64,000 nt of DNA from Candidatus Norongarragalina meridionalis (GTDB taxonomy: Archaea > Micrarchaeota > Micrarchaeia > Norongarragalinales > Norongarragalinaceae). The stretch is from positions 1-64,000 of the forward strand of contig CABMDO010000012.1 of NCBI GenBank assembly GCA_902384935.1. The letters are read 5' to 3'. A program made the position numbers and the translations under genes. The notes under the pieces were generated by a model. The model did not search any database. It was not told where the DNA came from and was given only the letters and a program-made list of their open reading frames with translations. How positions within the stretch are numbered: the first letter of the stretch is position 1; each line of letters begins with the position of its first letter. Below are positions 8,673 through 18,185 of the stretch, in pieces.

Positions 8673-10892
8673 ATGCCCGATGCCGCGAAACCGAAGCGCG
8701 ATCTGCGCACCGACGTCAAGAAAGCCGTCGGCGGACTGTACGGGCAGAAGGCGGACAAGGGCTACCACTACGAGGAGAAGAAGGAGAGCTTCGCGCCCCC
8801 GGCGTTCGTAAATATCACCTATTCGCTCGCGAAAATATTCAAGTCCTTCGGCAAGGGCGCTAAATTCACGCAGGACCAGGAGGACGCCATCGGATTCCTC
8901 GGCTGGAACATAACCGCCGAGCAGTTCTACGCCGCCTACAAGGGCTTGTTCATGGGCGGCATCGCGGTCGGAGTGCTGCTCGCCGCCCTCGTGTACATGC
9001 TGGCGCCGCTCGACGATACGCTGAAAATAGGGCTCGCCGGAGTTTTCCTTCTTGTTCCGATAGGAGTCAGCTACTTCTACCTGAAGTATCCGCACAGCGC
9101 GGTTGAGCGCGAGAAAATGCTCGCTCTTGCGTATATTCCCGAAATAGTGAACTATCTCACGATGAGCATGCGGCTCACCCCGAACCTCGAGAAGGCTGTA
9201 CAGTTCGCGGCGAACCACGGGCGCGGGAAAATCGCCGAGGACATGAAGAAAATCGTGTGGGACGTGCAAATCGGGAGATACGCGAGCATCGAGGAAGGAC
9301 TCGACGAACTCGCATACCGATGGGGTGGCTACAACGAGGACTTCAAGCACGCGCTGATGCTCATCCGCTCGTCCGTGCTGGAAGGGAACCGCGAACGCCG
9401 CGAAGAACTGCTCGAAAAAGCAGGAACCGACGTGCTCGAAGGCACCAAGGAAAAGATGGACATGTACGCGCGCAAGCTCCACCAGCCCACGGTTTATCTT
9501 TATTATTTCGGAATCCTGCTTCCGCTGCTGCTCGCCATAATTCTTCCCATCGGCGGGAGCATGAGCGGCATGCCTCTCGCGAAAGCGGAGTACATGTTCG
9601 TCGCGTACAACCTCGTGATTCCGCTCATCGTCTATTTGTTCGGCTCGAACATCGTTGCGGGCAAGCCGCCGACGTATACGCCGCCGGACATTCCGCCAGA
9701 CTTTCCCGGTTTGCCGCCGAGGGGCATTGCGAGGGTATTCGGCATCAGCATGCCTTTCCGCATATTCGCGCTGCTGATAATCACCTGCTTCATAGGCGGG
9801 GGCTATTTTACCGACCAGGGCGTTACGCAGAACGCCATCAACTCAGTCGTAGTCCCGCTGAACACGTTCATGACCGACAGCTTCGGTATGCCCATCACCG
9901 GGCCGCAGGGCATCGTGATTCCTGGAACGCTGGGGCAGATTCCGTCATACGCGGTGTTCGAGGACGAGAAGGCGAAGCTGCCGCGCATAACCTTCTTCGA
10001 CCAGTACGGCGAGATCATAGGAGAATTCACGATTTTCGGCTTCCTGCTGGGCATATCCATCTCCGTCAGCGTCTATCTGCTCGGAGAGTACGGAGAGCGG
10101 CTGCGCGTCCAGCGCGAAATAAGGGACATGGAAGGCGAGTTCAAGGATGCGATGTACGTGCTGGCGTCGCGCATGGGCGAGAATAAACCTATAGAGGAAG
10201 CATTGCGCAGCGCCGTCGTCTTCCTGCCCAAGAGCAGAATCGCCAAGGATGTGTTCAAGCGCATCCTCGAGAACATCACGACTATGGGCATGACTTTGGA
10301 CGCCGCCATATTCGACGAAACGTTCGGCGCTTTGAAGAATCTTCCGTCGAGGACTATACGGAGCGGCATGCAGTTCCTCGTAGATTCCGTGGAGTTGGGC
10401 GTTAACGTGGCGGCGAAATCGCTGATTTCGCTTTCGCTGCAGCTCAGGAACGCGCAGAAAATCGACGAGTCTTTGCGGAAGCTTCTCGAAGACGTGACAA
10501 CCATGCTCAGCACGATGTCCACGTTCGTCGCGCCCATCGTCCTCGCGGTTGTCAGCGCCATGCAGCGGCTCATCATGAATTCCATCGCAGGCTCCGCGGG
10601 CACGGAAACAACCCAGCAGAGCGCGCCGGGCGTGTCGGGATTCGGCGGGATGACGAACCTGTTCGCGAACAAGGACGTGGTGAAGAACAGCGCGGACCCC
10701 GCGACTTTCGTGCTCATCATGGGCGTCTACGTGATAGAGGTGGTGACGCTTCTCACGTATTTCAACTCGCAGATAGAGGATACGGGAAACAAGCTGCACA
10801 CGTACGTGAGCATCGCGAAGTCCCTGCCCACCGCCGTCGTTCTTTACTGCGTCGTCGTCTATTTCGCGAGCAGTTCCCTCGGGGTGTCCTGA
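8673..10892 (+). CDS. FlaJ/TadC/PilC-like polytopic membrane protein with two T2SS-F (GspF) domains
   Basis: 739 aa with multiple TM blocks. Cytoplasmic domains LEKAVQFAANHGRGKIAEDMKKIVWDVQIGRYASIEEGLDELAYRWGG and KDAMYVLASRMGENKPIEEALRSAVVFLPKS...LDAAIFDETF match the T2SSF fold repeated twice. Confidence 0.6.
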   Translation: MPDAAKPKRDLRTDVKKAVGGLYGQKADKGYHYEEKKESFAPPAFVNITYSLAKIFKSFGKGAKFTQDQEDAIGFLGWNITAEQFYAAYKGLFMGGIAVGVLLAALVYMLAPLDDTLKIGLAGVFLLVPIGVSYFYLKYPHSAVEREKMLALAYIPEIVNYLTMSMRLTPNLEKAVQFAANHGRGKIAEDMKKIVWDVQIGRYASIEEGLDELAYRWGGYNEDFKHALMLIRSSVLEGNRERREELLEKAGTDVLEGTKEKMDMYARKLHQPTVYLYYFGILLPLLLAIILPIGGSMSGMPLAKAEYMFVAYNLVIPLIVYLFGSNIVAGKPPTYTPPDIPPDFPGLPPRGIARVFGISMPFRIFALLIITCFIGGGYFTDQGVTQNAINSVVVPLNTFMTDSFGMPITGPQGIVIPGTLGQIPSYAVFEDEKAKLPRITFFDQYGEIIGEFTIFGFLLGISISVSVYLLGEYGERLRVQREIRDMEGEFKDAMYVLASRMGENKPIEEALRSAVVFLPKSRIAKDVFKRILENITTMGMTLDAAIFDETFGALKNLPSRTIRSGMQFLVDSVELGVNVAAKSLISLSLQLRNAQKIDESLRKLLEDVTTMLSTMSTFVAPIVLAVVSAMQRLIMNSIAGSAGTETTQQSAPGVSGFGGMTNLFANKDVVKNSADPATFVLIMGVYVIEVVTLLTYFNSQIEDTGNKLHTYVSIAKSLPTAVVLYCVVVYFASSSLGVS

Positions 10893-10893
10893 G

Positions 10894-11394
10894 TTGATGA
10901 AGGGTGCGGTAAAGGAAACCGCGCAGTTCCTGGCGCTCTTCCTTTTCGTTGCAATACCCGTATATTTCGTGCTGGGATTTTTCGCCGCATCCTTTTCGGA
11001 AATAGCGGCATATTCCTCGCAAGTAATGCTGAACGCGGCAGGAGTGCGCACGTCCATTACTCTCGAAAACGGCGTCGCACATGTCATTTCTCCGTCTTTC
11101 GACGCCGAAATCGGCGATTTGTGCTGGGGGCGAGTGGAAATAGCCGTGCTTGCGGGAATAGTGATGGCAAGTTGGGACAGAACCGTGCGGCGAAGAATCG
11201 AGGGCATTATTCTCGGAATCGCCGTGCTTCTGGTGCTTAATCCCGTCAGAATCGCCGTTTCTCTCGCCGTCTACGACCCGCAGAACCCGCAGGCGTCTGC
11301 GCTGTTCCACGACGTTTTGTTCAGGGCTACGCTGGTAATCGTTTTGGTAGCCTACTACGCAGTATGGTATTACTGGCTGTCGAAGCGCCGTTAA
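10894..11394 (+). CDS. 4-TM membrane protein, possible exosortase/archaeosortase-family core
   Basis: 166 aa. Cys-Arg-Asn candidates in DAEIGDLCWGRVEIAVLAG and ...LVLNPVRIAV are reminiscent of the exosortase/archaeosortase triad. Immediately follows the FlaJ-like gene with a TTG start. Lacks the GGADVK motif of A24 prepilin peptidases. Confidence 0.35.
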   Translation: MMKGAVKETAQFLALFLFVAIPVYFVLGFFAASFSEIAAYSSQVMLNAAGVRTSITLENGVAHVISPSFDAEIGDLCWGRVEIAVLAGIVMASWDRTVRRRIEGIILGIAVLLVLNPVRIAVSLAVYDPQNPQASALFHDVLFRATLVIVLVAYYAVWYYWLSKRR

Positions 11395-11789
11395 CTCGCT
11401 TTTCCCTTTTCGATGTTCAGCTTCGCGCGCGGCAGGTTTATCGGCGCGCCGATTCCGAGCGTGAACGCGAGAAGCGTTCCGACGGATGCGGCGGAATAGC
11501 TGATGGCGTTGAGCACGTCCTCGGCGAACTCGGAGGCGAGGAACTTCTTTTCCTTCCAGCCTTCGAGAATCTCCTTGCGCACCTTGGCGTCCTCCTGTAT
11601 GATGATGTCGCCCTTTATGACGAGCTCGGCGACTTCGTCCTGATAATCCGTCTTGTGAGTGTACGAGACCAGAAGCGCCCCTTCCTCCTCCTTGACGCTG
11701 GTTATGTCTATGTTCACGTTCAGCCCCTTGACCGCGCCGTCCTTGAGCCTCTTCGCGCTGGCTTCCGTGATTCTTCCGCCTAGTATCAT
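11391..11789 (-). CDS. hypothetical conserved-looking protein divergent from ftsZ
   Basis: 132 aa, alpha/beta-like composition (VKGLNVNIDITSVKEEEGALLVSYTHK...). SepF-like function is pure speculation. Confidence 0.4.
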   Translation of the reverse strand: MILGGRITEASAKRLKDGAVKGLNVNIDITSVKEEEGALLVSYTHKTDYQDEVAELVIKGDIIIQEDAKVRKEILEGWKEKKFLASEFAEDVLNAISYSAASVGTLLAFTLGIGAPINLPRAKLNIEKGKAS

Positions 11790-11991
11790 TAAACCACCCT
11801 CCTAGTGAAAGATTTTCCGAAAACGCCTTTATATTGCTTCCGAGAGAGCGTGCCTTTTATATGGCGCGCGGGTTCGGCGCGCCGTGCAGCCGCGTAAACA
11901 AAACCTTTTTAATTCGGGGGAGGGTTTTCCTTTCACTAGTGATATTCGAAGGGGAGCAGGTGATTGTGTGGAAGATTTGGTAAACGAGGCT

Positions 11992-13056
11992 ATGCGGTCT
12001 AGAAGTTCCAGGAAACAGCAGCAGGACTCCAGCGACTTCAAGTTCGAAACCCCCAAGCTTATGGTGGTGGGCGCGGGCGGCGCGGGATGCAACTCCATCA
12101 ACCGCCTCGCGAAGGCGGGCATCAAGGGCGCGGAATTAATCGCCATCAACACGGACAAGCTCCATCTTACGACGATATCCGAGAGCGCGAAGAAGGTGCT
12201 CATCGGAGCGAGCATAACGCGCGGATTGGGCGCTGGCGGCTATCCCGAGATAGGCGCGAAGGCAGCCGAAGTATCCCGCGAAGCGCTCGAGAAGATGTTC
12301 GACGGCGCGGACTTGGTGTTCCTCACCGCAGGCATGGGAGGAGGAACCGGTACGGGCTCGGCCCCGATTCTCGCGGAAATCGCGAAGAAGCAGGGCGCGA
12401 TCGTAATCTCGATAGTCACATACCCGTTCGCGCTCGAGCGCGCCCGCCTCGAAAAAGCAGACCAGGGCCTTGAGGCACTGAAGGCGCAGGCGGACACCAT
12501 AATCGTAATCGACAACAACAGGCTCGTCGAAATCGTTCCGAGCCTTCCGATAGACAAGGCGTTCAACGTCGCGGACGAGATTATAGCGCGCGCAGTTCGC
12601 GGAATCGCCGAGACCATTACTACGCCTTCACTCATCAACCTCGATTTCGCCGACGTGCGCGCCGTAATGAGCAACGGAGGCGTTTCGATGATCGCCGTCG
12701 GAGAAGCGAAGGGCACCAACCGCGCGGAGGAAGTAGTGAACAACACGCTACACCACGCGCTGCTCGACGTGGATTACACCGGCGCGACGGGAGTGCTGCT
12801 GCACATCACCGGAGGCCCGGACATGACGCTAGGCTAGTGCAACCAAATCGGCGAGGCGCTTACGGAACGCGTCGATCCGAACGCCACGGTTATATGGGGC
12901 GCCCGCGTCGATCCGACGTTCGAGGGCAAGATAGAGGCGATTGCCATATTCACGGGCATCCAGTCGCCGTACGTCCTCGGAAAAACGGTTCGCGGAGTCG
13001 GCGGCGCGCCGAACAAGAGGCGCGAGGAAGGGTTCGACGACGTCGACTTCCTTTAA
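11992..13056 (+). CDS. ftsZ: cell division GTPase FtsZ, interrupted by an in-frame TAG at 12835-12837 (readthrough, pseudogene or error)
   Basis: GAGGAGCNSINRL and the tubulin signature MGGGTGTGSAP. The ORF stops at TAG after ..HITGGPDMTLG, but the same frame continues with CNQIGEALTERVDPNATVIWGARVDPTFEGKIEAIAIFTGI...DDVDFL and ends TAA at 13054-13056, which is the conserved FtsZ C-terminal domain. Start could be GTG 11968 or ATG 11992. Confidence 0.75.
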
Positions 13057-13586
13057 GCCAAGCCGGACGTAACCAGGATTATAGAAGATAAGTTGTACAT
13101 GGCGTGCGCGAGAATGCATGCGCGCACGTCCTTGTTTTTTCTCATCTCCAGCCCCAGCAGTATTGACGCCGTGAACGCGGCGACTATTTCGGCAACCGAG
13201 CCGTAGCCGTAGTGCAGCCCCGCGAACAGCAGGCTCGTGAAAAGCACGCCGACGCGCGGCTGAAGATACGCGCGAAAAAGAAGCTCTTCGGCAATCGGGA
13301 CGAGCGTGATTGTAAGAAGAAGCATCGGCAAGCCGCTTCCGCGTATGATGTCGGCGATTTTGTGCGTGTCGAGGAAACCCAGCGCTTCGAGGCAATACCC
13401 TACGAGAAGCATGCCGAGGAAAATTGCGCCCAGCAGCTTCAGGGCGCGCAATCCAGTGAGAACCCAGTCGGTTTTCTTGTCCAGAAACAGTTCCTTGCGC
13501 CAATTCCTTTTTCCTTCGAAACGCAACAGGAGGAAAGGCGCAGCTAGCGTGGCGGAAACAACCAGCAGGGCGCTTTCAAGTCCCAT
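13053..13586 (-). CDS. CPBP (CAAX protease/Abi) family intramembrane metalloprotease
   Basis: Motifs EELLFR, FAGLHY and HAMYN in a 6-TM protein. Confidence 0.6.
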   Translation of the reverse strand: MGLESALLVVSATLAAPFLLLRFEGKRNWRKELFLDKKTDWVLTGLRALKLLGAIFLGMLLVGYCLEALGFLDTHKIADIIRGSGLPMLLLTITLVPIAEELLFRAYLQPRVGVLFTSLLFAGLHYGYGSVAEIVAAFTASILLGLEMRKNKDVRACILAHAMYNLSSIILVTSGLA

Positions 13587-13596
13587 TTCGCGGGGT

Positions 13597-13743
13597 TTAT
13601 TTCATCTCGGAATAGCCGCACTTGCCGCACGAGCGCCTGTTCTGGTGCTCGGCGAGCTTCACGCCCTCCCCGCACTTGGGGCAGGACTTCCCGCGCTCGT
13701 ATTTCTTGGGTTTCTTTGCAGCTTTTTTCTTTTCGTCAGCCAT
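13597..13743 (-). CDS. rps27ae: ribosomal protein S27ae (zinc ribbon)
   Basis: [48 protein letters not shown]. Too short for the ORF track. Confidence 0.6.
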   Translation of the reverse strand: MADEKKKAAKKPKKYERGKSCPKCGEGVKLAEHQNRRSCGKCGYSEMK

Positions 13744-15052
13744 TTTTTCTCAGCCTCTTCATGTGTTCGATTCTTTTATTTATAAGCGCTTGCGTGCCGA
13801 TGTCGCGGCGGTGGAAAACGGGGCCTTTGATGGCGGCAACGCCTTCTTCCGCGATTTTTTCGGCTTCGGAAAGCGAAGGCGCGACGCCGACGCTCGCGAT
13901 TGCGCGCGAACCGAGCGTCACATATTTCCCGTCTTTCTCGCTAACCGCTCCGAAATAATGCCGCGCGCGGCTTTTTTCCACTTCCAGCAAAGCTCCCCTT
14001 ATCGGTTTCGCGGGGTAGCCTTCCGGAACCGCGTATTTGCACACGGTGGCGGCGTTTTCAAAGCGCAATTCGGTTTCGTCCAGCGTTCCATTAATTATTG
14101 CCTCGCACACATCGACAAAATCGGTTTTCATCACCGGCAGCACGTTCATCGCCTCGGGGTCGCCAAAGCGGACGTTGTATTCGATGAGCTTCACGCCACG
14201 CGCGGTGCAGATGAACCCGCCGTAAAGCACGCCCTTGTACTTCTCGGAGGTGTCTTTGCGCAGCGCGTCCGCCACCTTCTGGTTTATCGCGTGCGCCGCC
14301 TCGGCGTCCTCCTTTGTCATGAACGGGAGCACGCTTCCCGAGGAATACGAGCCCATTCCGCCGGTGTTCGGGCCTTCGTCGTTTTCGAAGGCGCGTTTGT
14401 GGTCCTGAACAGGAGGGCAATCGCGCACCGTAACTCCGTCCGTGAGCGACTGCAGGCTGAATTCCTCGCCCTCGAGCTTTTCCTCGATTACCACGGACGC
14501 GTGTTTCGCGAGCACCTCTCCGCAGTAAGCAAGCGCGTCTTCCACGCCCTGCAAATGGTCGCCCAGCACCTTCACTCCCTTTCCGCCCGTGAGTCCGTCG
14601 GGTTTCACCACGAAACCCTTTTTCGCGTCAAGCAGTTCGGTCAGCCAGTTCTCGACGCCCTTCGAGGAAGAGAATATTTTGTATTCAGGGTTTCCCTCGA
14701 TGCCGTGCTTTCGCAGAAGCTCGCGTGCGAACGATTTGCTGGATTCGAGCTGCCCGAGCTTTTTGGAAGGCGCGACGCACGGAATCCCCTTCTTTTCGAG
14801 GGCGTCGGAAACCCCGTGCGCTATCGGGTCTTCGGGGTCGATGATTGAGAAATCGGGTTCAACGCGTTCGGCAAACGCGAGTATCGCCTCGGCGTCGTCG
14901 GTTTTGGCGACGCAGAATTCCTTGCTCCTGCGCATTACCCCCGGGTTTTCGGCGTCCATCGCCGCGAAAAGGACGGGCTTGCGCCTGCTGCGCACCAGCG
15001 TCTCCGCTATCACGTCTGTTCTCGCGCTTTTGCCTATGAGTAAAACGCGCAT
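13736..15052 (-). CDS. purD: phosphoribosylamine--glycine ligase (GAR synthetase)
   Basis: N-terminus [13 protein letters not shown] plus ATP-grasp [14 protein letters not shown] and ...[17 protein letters not shown]...YNVRFGDPE, ~440 aa. Confidence 0.75.
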   Translation of the reverse strand: MRVLLIGKSARTDVIAETLVRSRRKPVLFAAMDAENPGVMRRSKEFCVAKTDDAEAILAFAERVEPDFSIIDPEDPIAHGVSDALEKKGIPCVAPSKKLGQLESSKSFARELLRKHGIEGNPEYKIFSSSKGVENWLTELLDAKKGFVVKPDGLTGGKGVKVLGDHLQGVEDALAYCGEVLAKHASVVIEEKLEGEEFSLQSLTDGVTVRDCPPVQDHKRAFENDEGPNTGGMGSYSSGSVLPFMTKEDAEAAHAINQKVADALRKDTSEKYKGVLYGGFICTARGVKLIEYNVRFGDPEAMNVLPVMKTDFVDVCEAIINGTLDETELRFENAATVCKYAVPEGYPAKPIRGALLEVEKSRARHYFGAVSEKDGKYVTLGSRAIASVGVAPSLSEAEKIAEEGVAAIKGPVFHRRDIGTQALINKRIEHMKRLRKNG

Positions 15053-15088
15053 TTCACTCCCCACCACTTACGTTAGCCCCGTGCAATA

Positions 15089-15985
15089 TTAAAACATTCT
15101 TTCCACGGAGGGCAGCGCCTTTGCCGCGATTTCCGGCGGAATTTCAATCTCGATTTTTTCGTCCTCCAGCGCGTAATACAAGTCGGAGAGCGTTATTTTT
15201 TTCATCGCGGTGCACGTGGCGTCTGGCAACGCGGCGTGGAATTTCTTGCCGGGGTTCTCCTTAGCGAGACGGTGAAGCATTCCGACCTCCGTTGCTACTA
15301 TGAACTCGTTTGCTTCGCTTTTTTGCGCGAAATCTATCATGCGCGACGTGCTGCATATCGCGTCCGCCATCGCCTGCACCGCGGGCACGCACTCGGGATG
15401 CGCGACTATGCGCGCGCTGGGATGCTCCGACTTCGCCTTTGCGACGTCGCGTTCTCCGATCAAGTCGTGCACGCGGCAGAACCCGTGCGACGGTATCGCT
15501 ACGACCTGCTTTTTCGTGCGGCGCTGCACGTAAAACGCAAGATTCGCGTCGGGCCCGAACAGCACGACGTCGGACGGCATCTTTCCGACGATTTCGGCTG
15601 CGTTCGCGCTCGTGCAGCAGCAGTCCGCGAGCGCCTTGCAGTCGGCGTGGGTATTCACGTAAAGCACGACGGACGCGTCGGGAAACTCCTCTTTGGCAGA
15701 AATAATGTCCGCGGGTTTCAACTGCGCCGCCATCGGGCATTTCGCGTCGAGATTCGGGAATAAAACGCGCTTCGACGGATTCAGCAGCTTCACGGTTTCA
15801 GCCATGAAGTCAACTCCGCACATCACGACGATATCCTCGGAGGCTTTTCTGGCGCGCAGCGCCAGTTCGAGAGAGTCGCCGACGAAGTCGGCGGCGTCCT
15901 GCACCTCGGGGCGCTGATAATTGTGCGCAAGCACGAGCGCGTTTTTTTCCGCCTTGAGCGCGTTTATGCGGTCCGTCATTTCCAT
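15089..15985 (-). CDS. nadA: quinolinate synthase A
   Basis: MEMTDRINALKAEKNALVLAHNYQ...DFMAETVKLLNP...VNTHADCKA...AHPECV. The real start is ~270 codons into a longer Arg-rich ORF. ~300 aa. Confidence 0.75.
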   Translation of the reverse strand: MEMTDRINALKAEKNALVLAHNYQRPEVQDAADFVGDSLELALRARKASEDIVVMCGVDFMAETVKLLNPSKRVLFPNLDAKCPMAAQLKPADIISAKEEFPDASVVLYVNTHADCKALADCCCTSANAAEIVGKMPSDVVLFGPDANLAFYVQRRTKKQVVAIPSHGFCRVHDLIGERDVAKAKSEHPSARIVAHPECVPAVQAMADAICSTSRMIDFAQKSEANEFIVATEVGMLHRLAKENPGKKFHAALPDATCTAMKKITLSDLYYALEDEKIEIEIPPEIAAKALPSVERMF

Positions 15986-17358
15986 ATGATTCTCCTCTTC
16001 CACGCCCCGCTTTTTTTCGGGAAGTCGCGGCGATAGTGGCAGCCGCGCGATTCCTCGCGGGCAAGAGCCGCTTCCGCGGCCAGTTTTGCCAGAGCAACCG
16101 AATCCCCGCGCATTTTTTTCATTTCCCGCAGCGCTATGCGCAACTGGCGGGCGTTTCTCACTATTCCCGCGTCCTTCCACATCAATTTCCTTATTTTCTC
16201 CGTTTCCGCTTTCGGCGTCGCTTCCGCGGCGGTTACCGTCGCACCGCAGTTCCGTCCCTTCTCCTTCGCGGCATTCCTCCCCGCCCTCCATCCGAAAACC
16301 AGGCATTCCAGCAGAGAGTTGCTCGCAAGGCGGTTGGCGCCGTGCACTCCGGAGCAGGCGCATTCTCCAGCGGCGTATATCCCCGGAATAGCGGTTCTTC
16401 CGTCGGTATCGGTTAAAACTCCGCCCATGCAGTAGTGCGCCGCAGGGGCGACGGGAATCAAGTCGCTGAACGCGTCGATGCGCTGCTCGCGCAAACGGCG
16501 GTATATCGACGGGAAGCGCTCGTCGAAATCGTCGACCCGCGAGACGTCTATGAAAACGCGCCTTCCCTTCCGCATCTGCCCGTCTATGGCGCGGCTGACG
16601 ACGTCGCGCGGCAGCAGCTCGTTCACGAATCTTTCGTTTTTGTCGTTTCTCAGCATCCCGCCCTCGCCGCGAACTGCTTCCGAGACGAGGAACGTCGCCC
16701 CTCCCTGGAAAACAGTGGGGTGGAACTGCACGAATTCCAAATCGGCGAGCGCAGCGCCGGCGCGCCGCGCCAGCGCGATTGTTTCGCCAGTAGCGCACGG
16801 ACTGTTCGTGGTGTGTCCGTATAACGACGCATAGCCGCCGGTTGCGAGAACGATGCCGCGGCTATTGATTGTTTTCCCGTCCGCGACTACTCCTCCGCAG
16901 CCTTTGCCGCCGACAACCAACGCCTCTACGTCCGCTTCCCTGAGTTCCACGTCCTTTTCCCCGGCAAGAAGGCGCGAGAAAAACTCCACCATTTTTTTGC
17001 CGGTTTCGTCGCCTCCCGCGTGGAGCACGCGGCTCGCGGAATGCGCGGCTTCGCGGCCGCGTTTGGAATCGAACTCCATTCCGAGCGCGGTTATGTCGCG
17101 TATGCGTTCGCGCCCTTCCTTTACGAGCGTGCGCACCGCTTTTTCGTCGCACAGCCCCTCGCCCGCGGCTAGCGTGTCGGAAACGTGTTTTTCGGCGTCC
17201 TCGTCGTTAAGGGCGCAGGCGATTCCGCCCTGCGATAAAAGCGAGTTGCTTCCGCTTGCCTTGCGCAGCACGATTGCGGACGCGCCTGCCTTGGAGGCGG
17301 CGTACGCCGCGCTCAATCCCGCGAGCCCGCTGCCTATGATTAGCACGTCGCAGTCCAT
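15976..17358 (-). CDS. nadB: L-aspartate oxidase
   Basis: N-terminal FAD fold MDCDVLIIGSGLAGLSAAYAA plus flavoprotein motifs (RHSGGGDE-like, GLYAAGE). 460 aa. Stop overlaps the nadA start region. Confidence 0.75.
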   Translation of the reverse strand: MDCDVLIIGSGLAGLSAAYAASKAGASAIVLRKASGSNSLLSQGGIACALNDEDAEKHVSDTLAAGEGLCDEKAVRTLVKEGRERIRDITALGMEFDSKRGREAAHSASRVLHAGGDETGKKMVEFFSRLLAGEKDVELREADVEALVVGGKGCGGVVADGKTINSRGIVLATGGYASLYGHTTNSPCATGETIALARRAGAALADLEFVQFHPTVFQGGATFLVSEAVRGEGGMLRNDKNERFVNELLPRDVVSRAIDGQMRKGRRVFIDVSRVDDFDERFPSIYRRLREQRIDAFSDLIPVAPAAHYCMGGVLTDTDGRTAIPGIYAAGECACSGVHGANRLASNSLLECLVFGWRAGRNAAKEKGRNCGATVTAAEATPKAETEKIRKLMWKDAGIVRNARQLRIALREMKKMRGDSVALAKLAAEAALAREESRGCHYRRDFPKKSGAWKRRIIWK

Positions 17359-17476
17359 GGTGTATTCTAACAGTTGAAAAAGCGCTGGTTTGCGTTTGCG
17401 GACGAAAAGACGCGACGCTCAACGTAGCTGCCAAAATGTCACGGCAGGAGTTGCGGCGCAGTAGCGATGCGGCGTT

Positions 17477-18181
17477 TCAGCGTCGGCTCTTCTTCCGCTT
17501 CTTCCCTTTCGCTGCCTTTTCGATTCCTACCGACGGTTTCACGTGCGTCTTCTCCTTCCTGAATTCGAAGTAGGAGTAGATGACGGGTGCGAAGCCGCAC
17601 GCGAGCGCGCCCGCGATAACGATGTAGAACGCGTAATTCATCGCGAACAGCGAGAGCATCACGACTACCGCGAACGCCTTGAACATTTTTGCGCCGAGGG
17701 CGTGCGTCTTCTTCCACACGCCTTCGCTGGAAAGAGTCCACGGCGTGCGTATTCCGACGAACCACGTGGGCTCGACGCGTTCGAGCATGTATCCGACGTA
17801 ATAGAAAAGAACCGCCATCGCGGGGATTATCACGTACGTCATGTTCAGGGCGTACCCCGCGTTTATCGCGAGCGACGCGCCGTGAATGTACGCCAGGAAC
17901 AGCGCCATGAACGAGGCGAATCCCCAGTAGACGTCCTTGAACTTCTCGATGTTCGCGCCAAGCGGGTCGATTTTGGGAATCAGGTAGAACAAGCCGACGA
18001 GCAGCGCCGTGAGCACGGGCATGAAAAGCACCGCCATGTTCTTGCTCATCCATCCGTTCGCCATGCCCTGCGCGTCCCAGTGCGTCACCATGACGTCGGG
18101 GAGCTGGAAATAAAACGCCGCGCTGAGCACGAACGACAGGGCGACGAACGCCCACGGCAGCCATTCTTCGCGGAGCTTCAT
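17477..18181 (-). CDS. SdpI/YhfL-family membrane protein (DUF1648+SdpI)
   Basis: Signature WFVGIRTPWTLSSEGVWKKTH, 6 TM, basic C-terminal tail. Confidence 0.55.
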   Translation of the reverse strand: MKLREEWLPWAFVALSFVLSAAFYFQLPDVMVTHWDAQGMANGWMSKNMAVLFMPVLTALLVGLFYLIPKIDPLGANIEKFKDVYWGFASFMALFLAYIHGASLAINAGYALNMTYVIIPAMAVLFYYVGYMLERVEPTWFVGIRTPWTLSSEGVWKKTHALGAKMFKAFAVVVMLSLFAMNYAFYIVIAGALACGFAPVIYSYFEFRKEKTHVKPSVGIEKAAKGKKRKKSRR

Positions 18182-18185
18182 TCAA

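Noticed and set aside
10894-11394. Class III signal (prepilin) peptidase assignment for the gene after the FlaJ-like gene
   Set aside because: It lacks the two-Asp/GGADVK hallmarks of A24 peptidases. The archaeosortase-like call is kept, but at low confidence.
12837-13091. 84-aa Arg-rich plus-strand ORF after the ftsZ TAG
   Set aside because: It is out of frame with ftsZ and has junk composition. The in-frame continuation, not this ORF, encodes the conserved FtsZ C-terminal domain.
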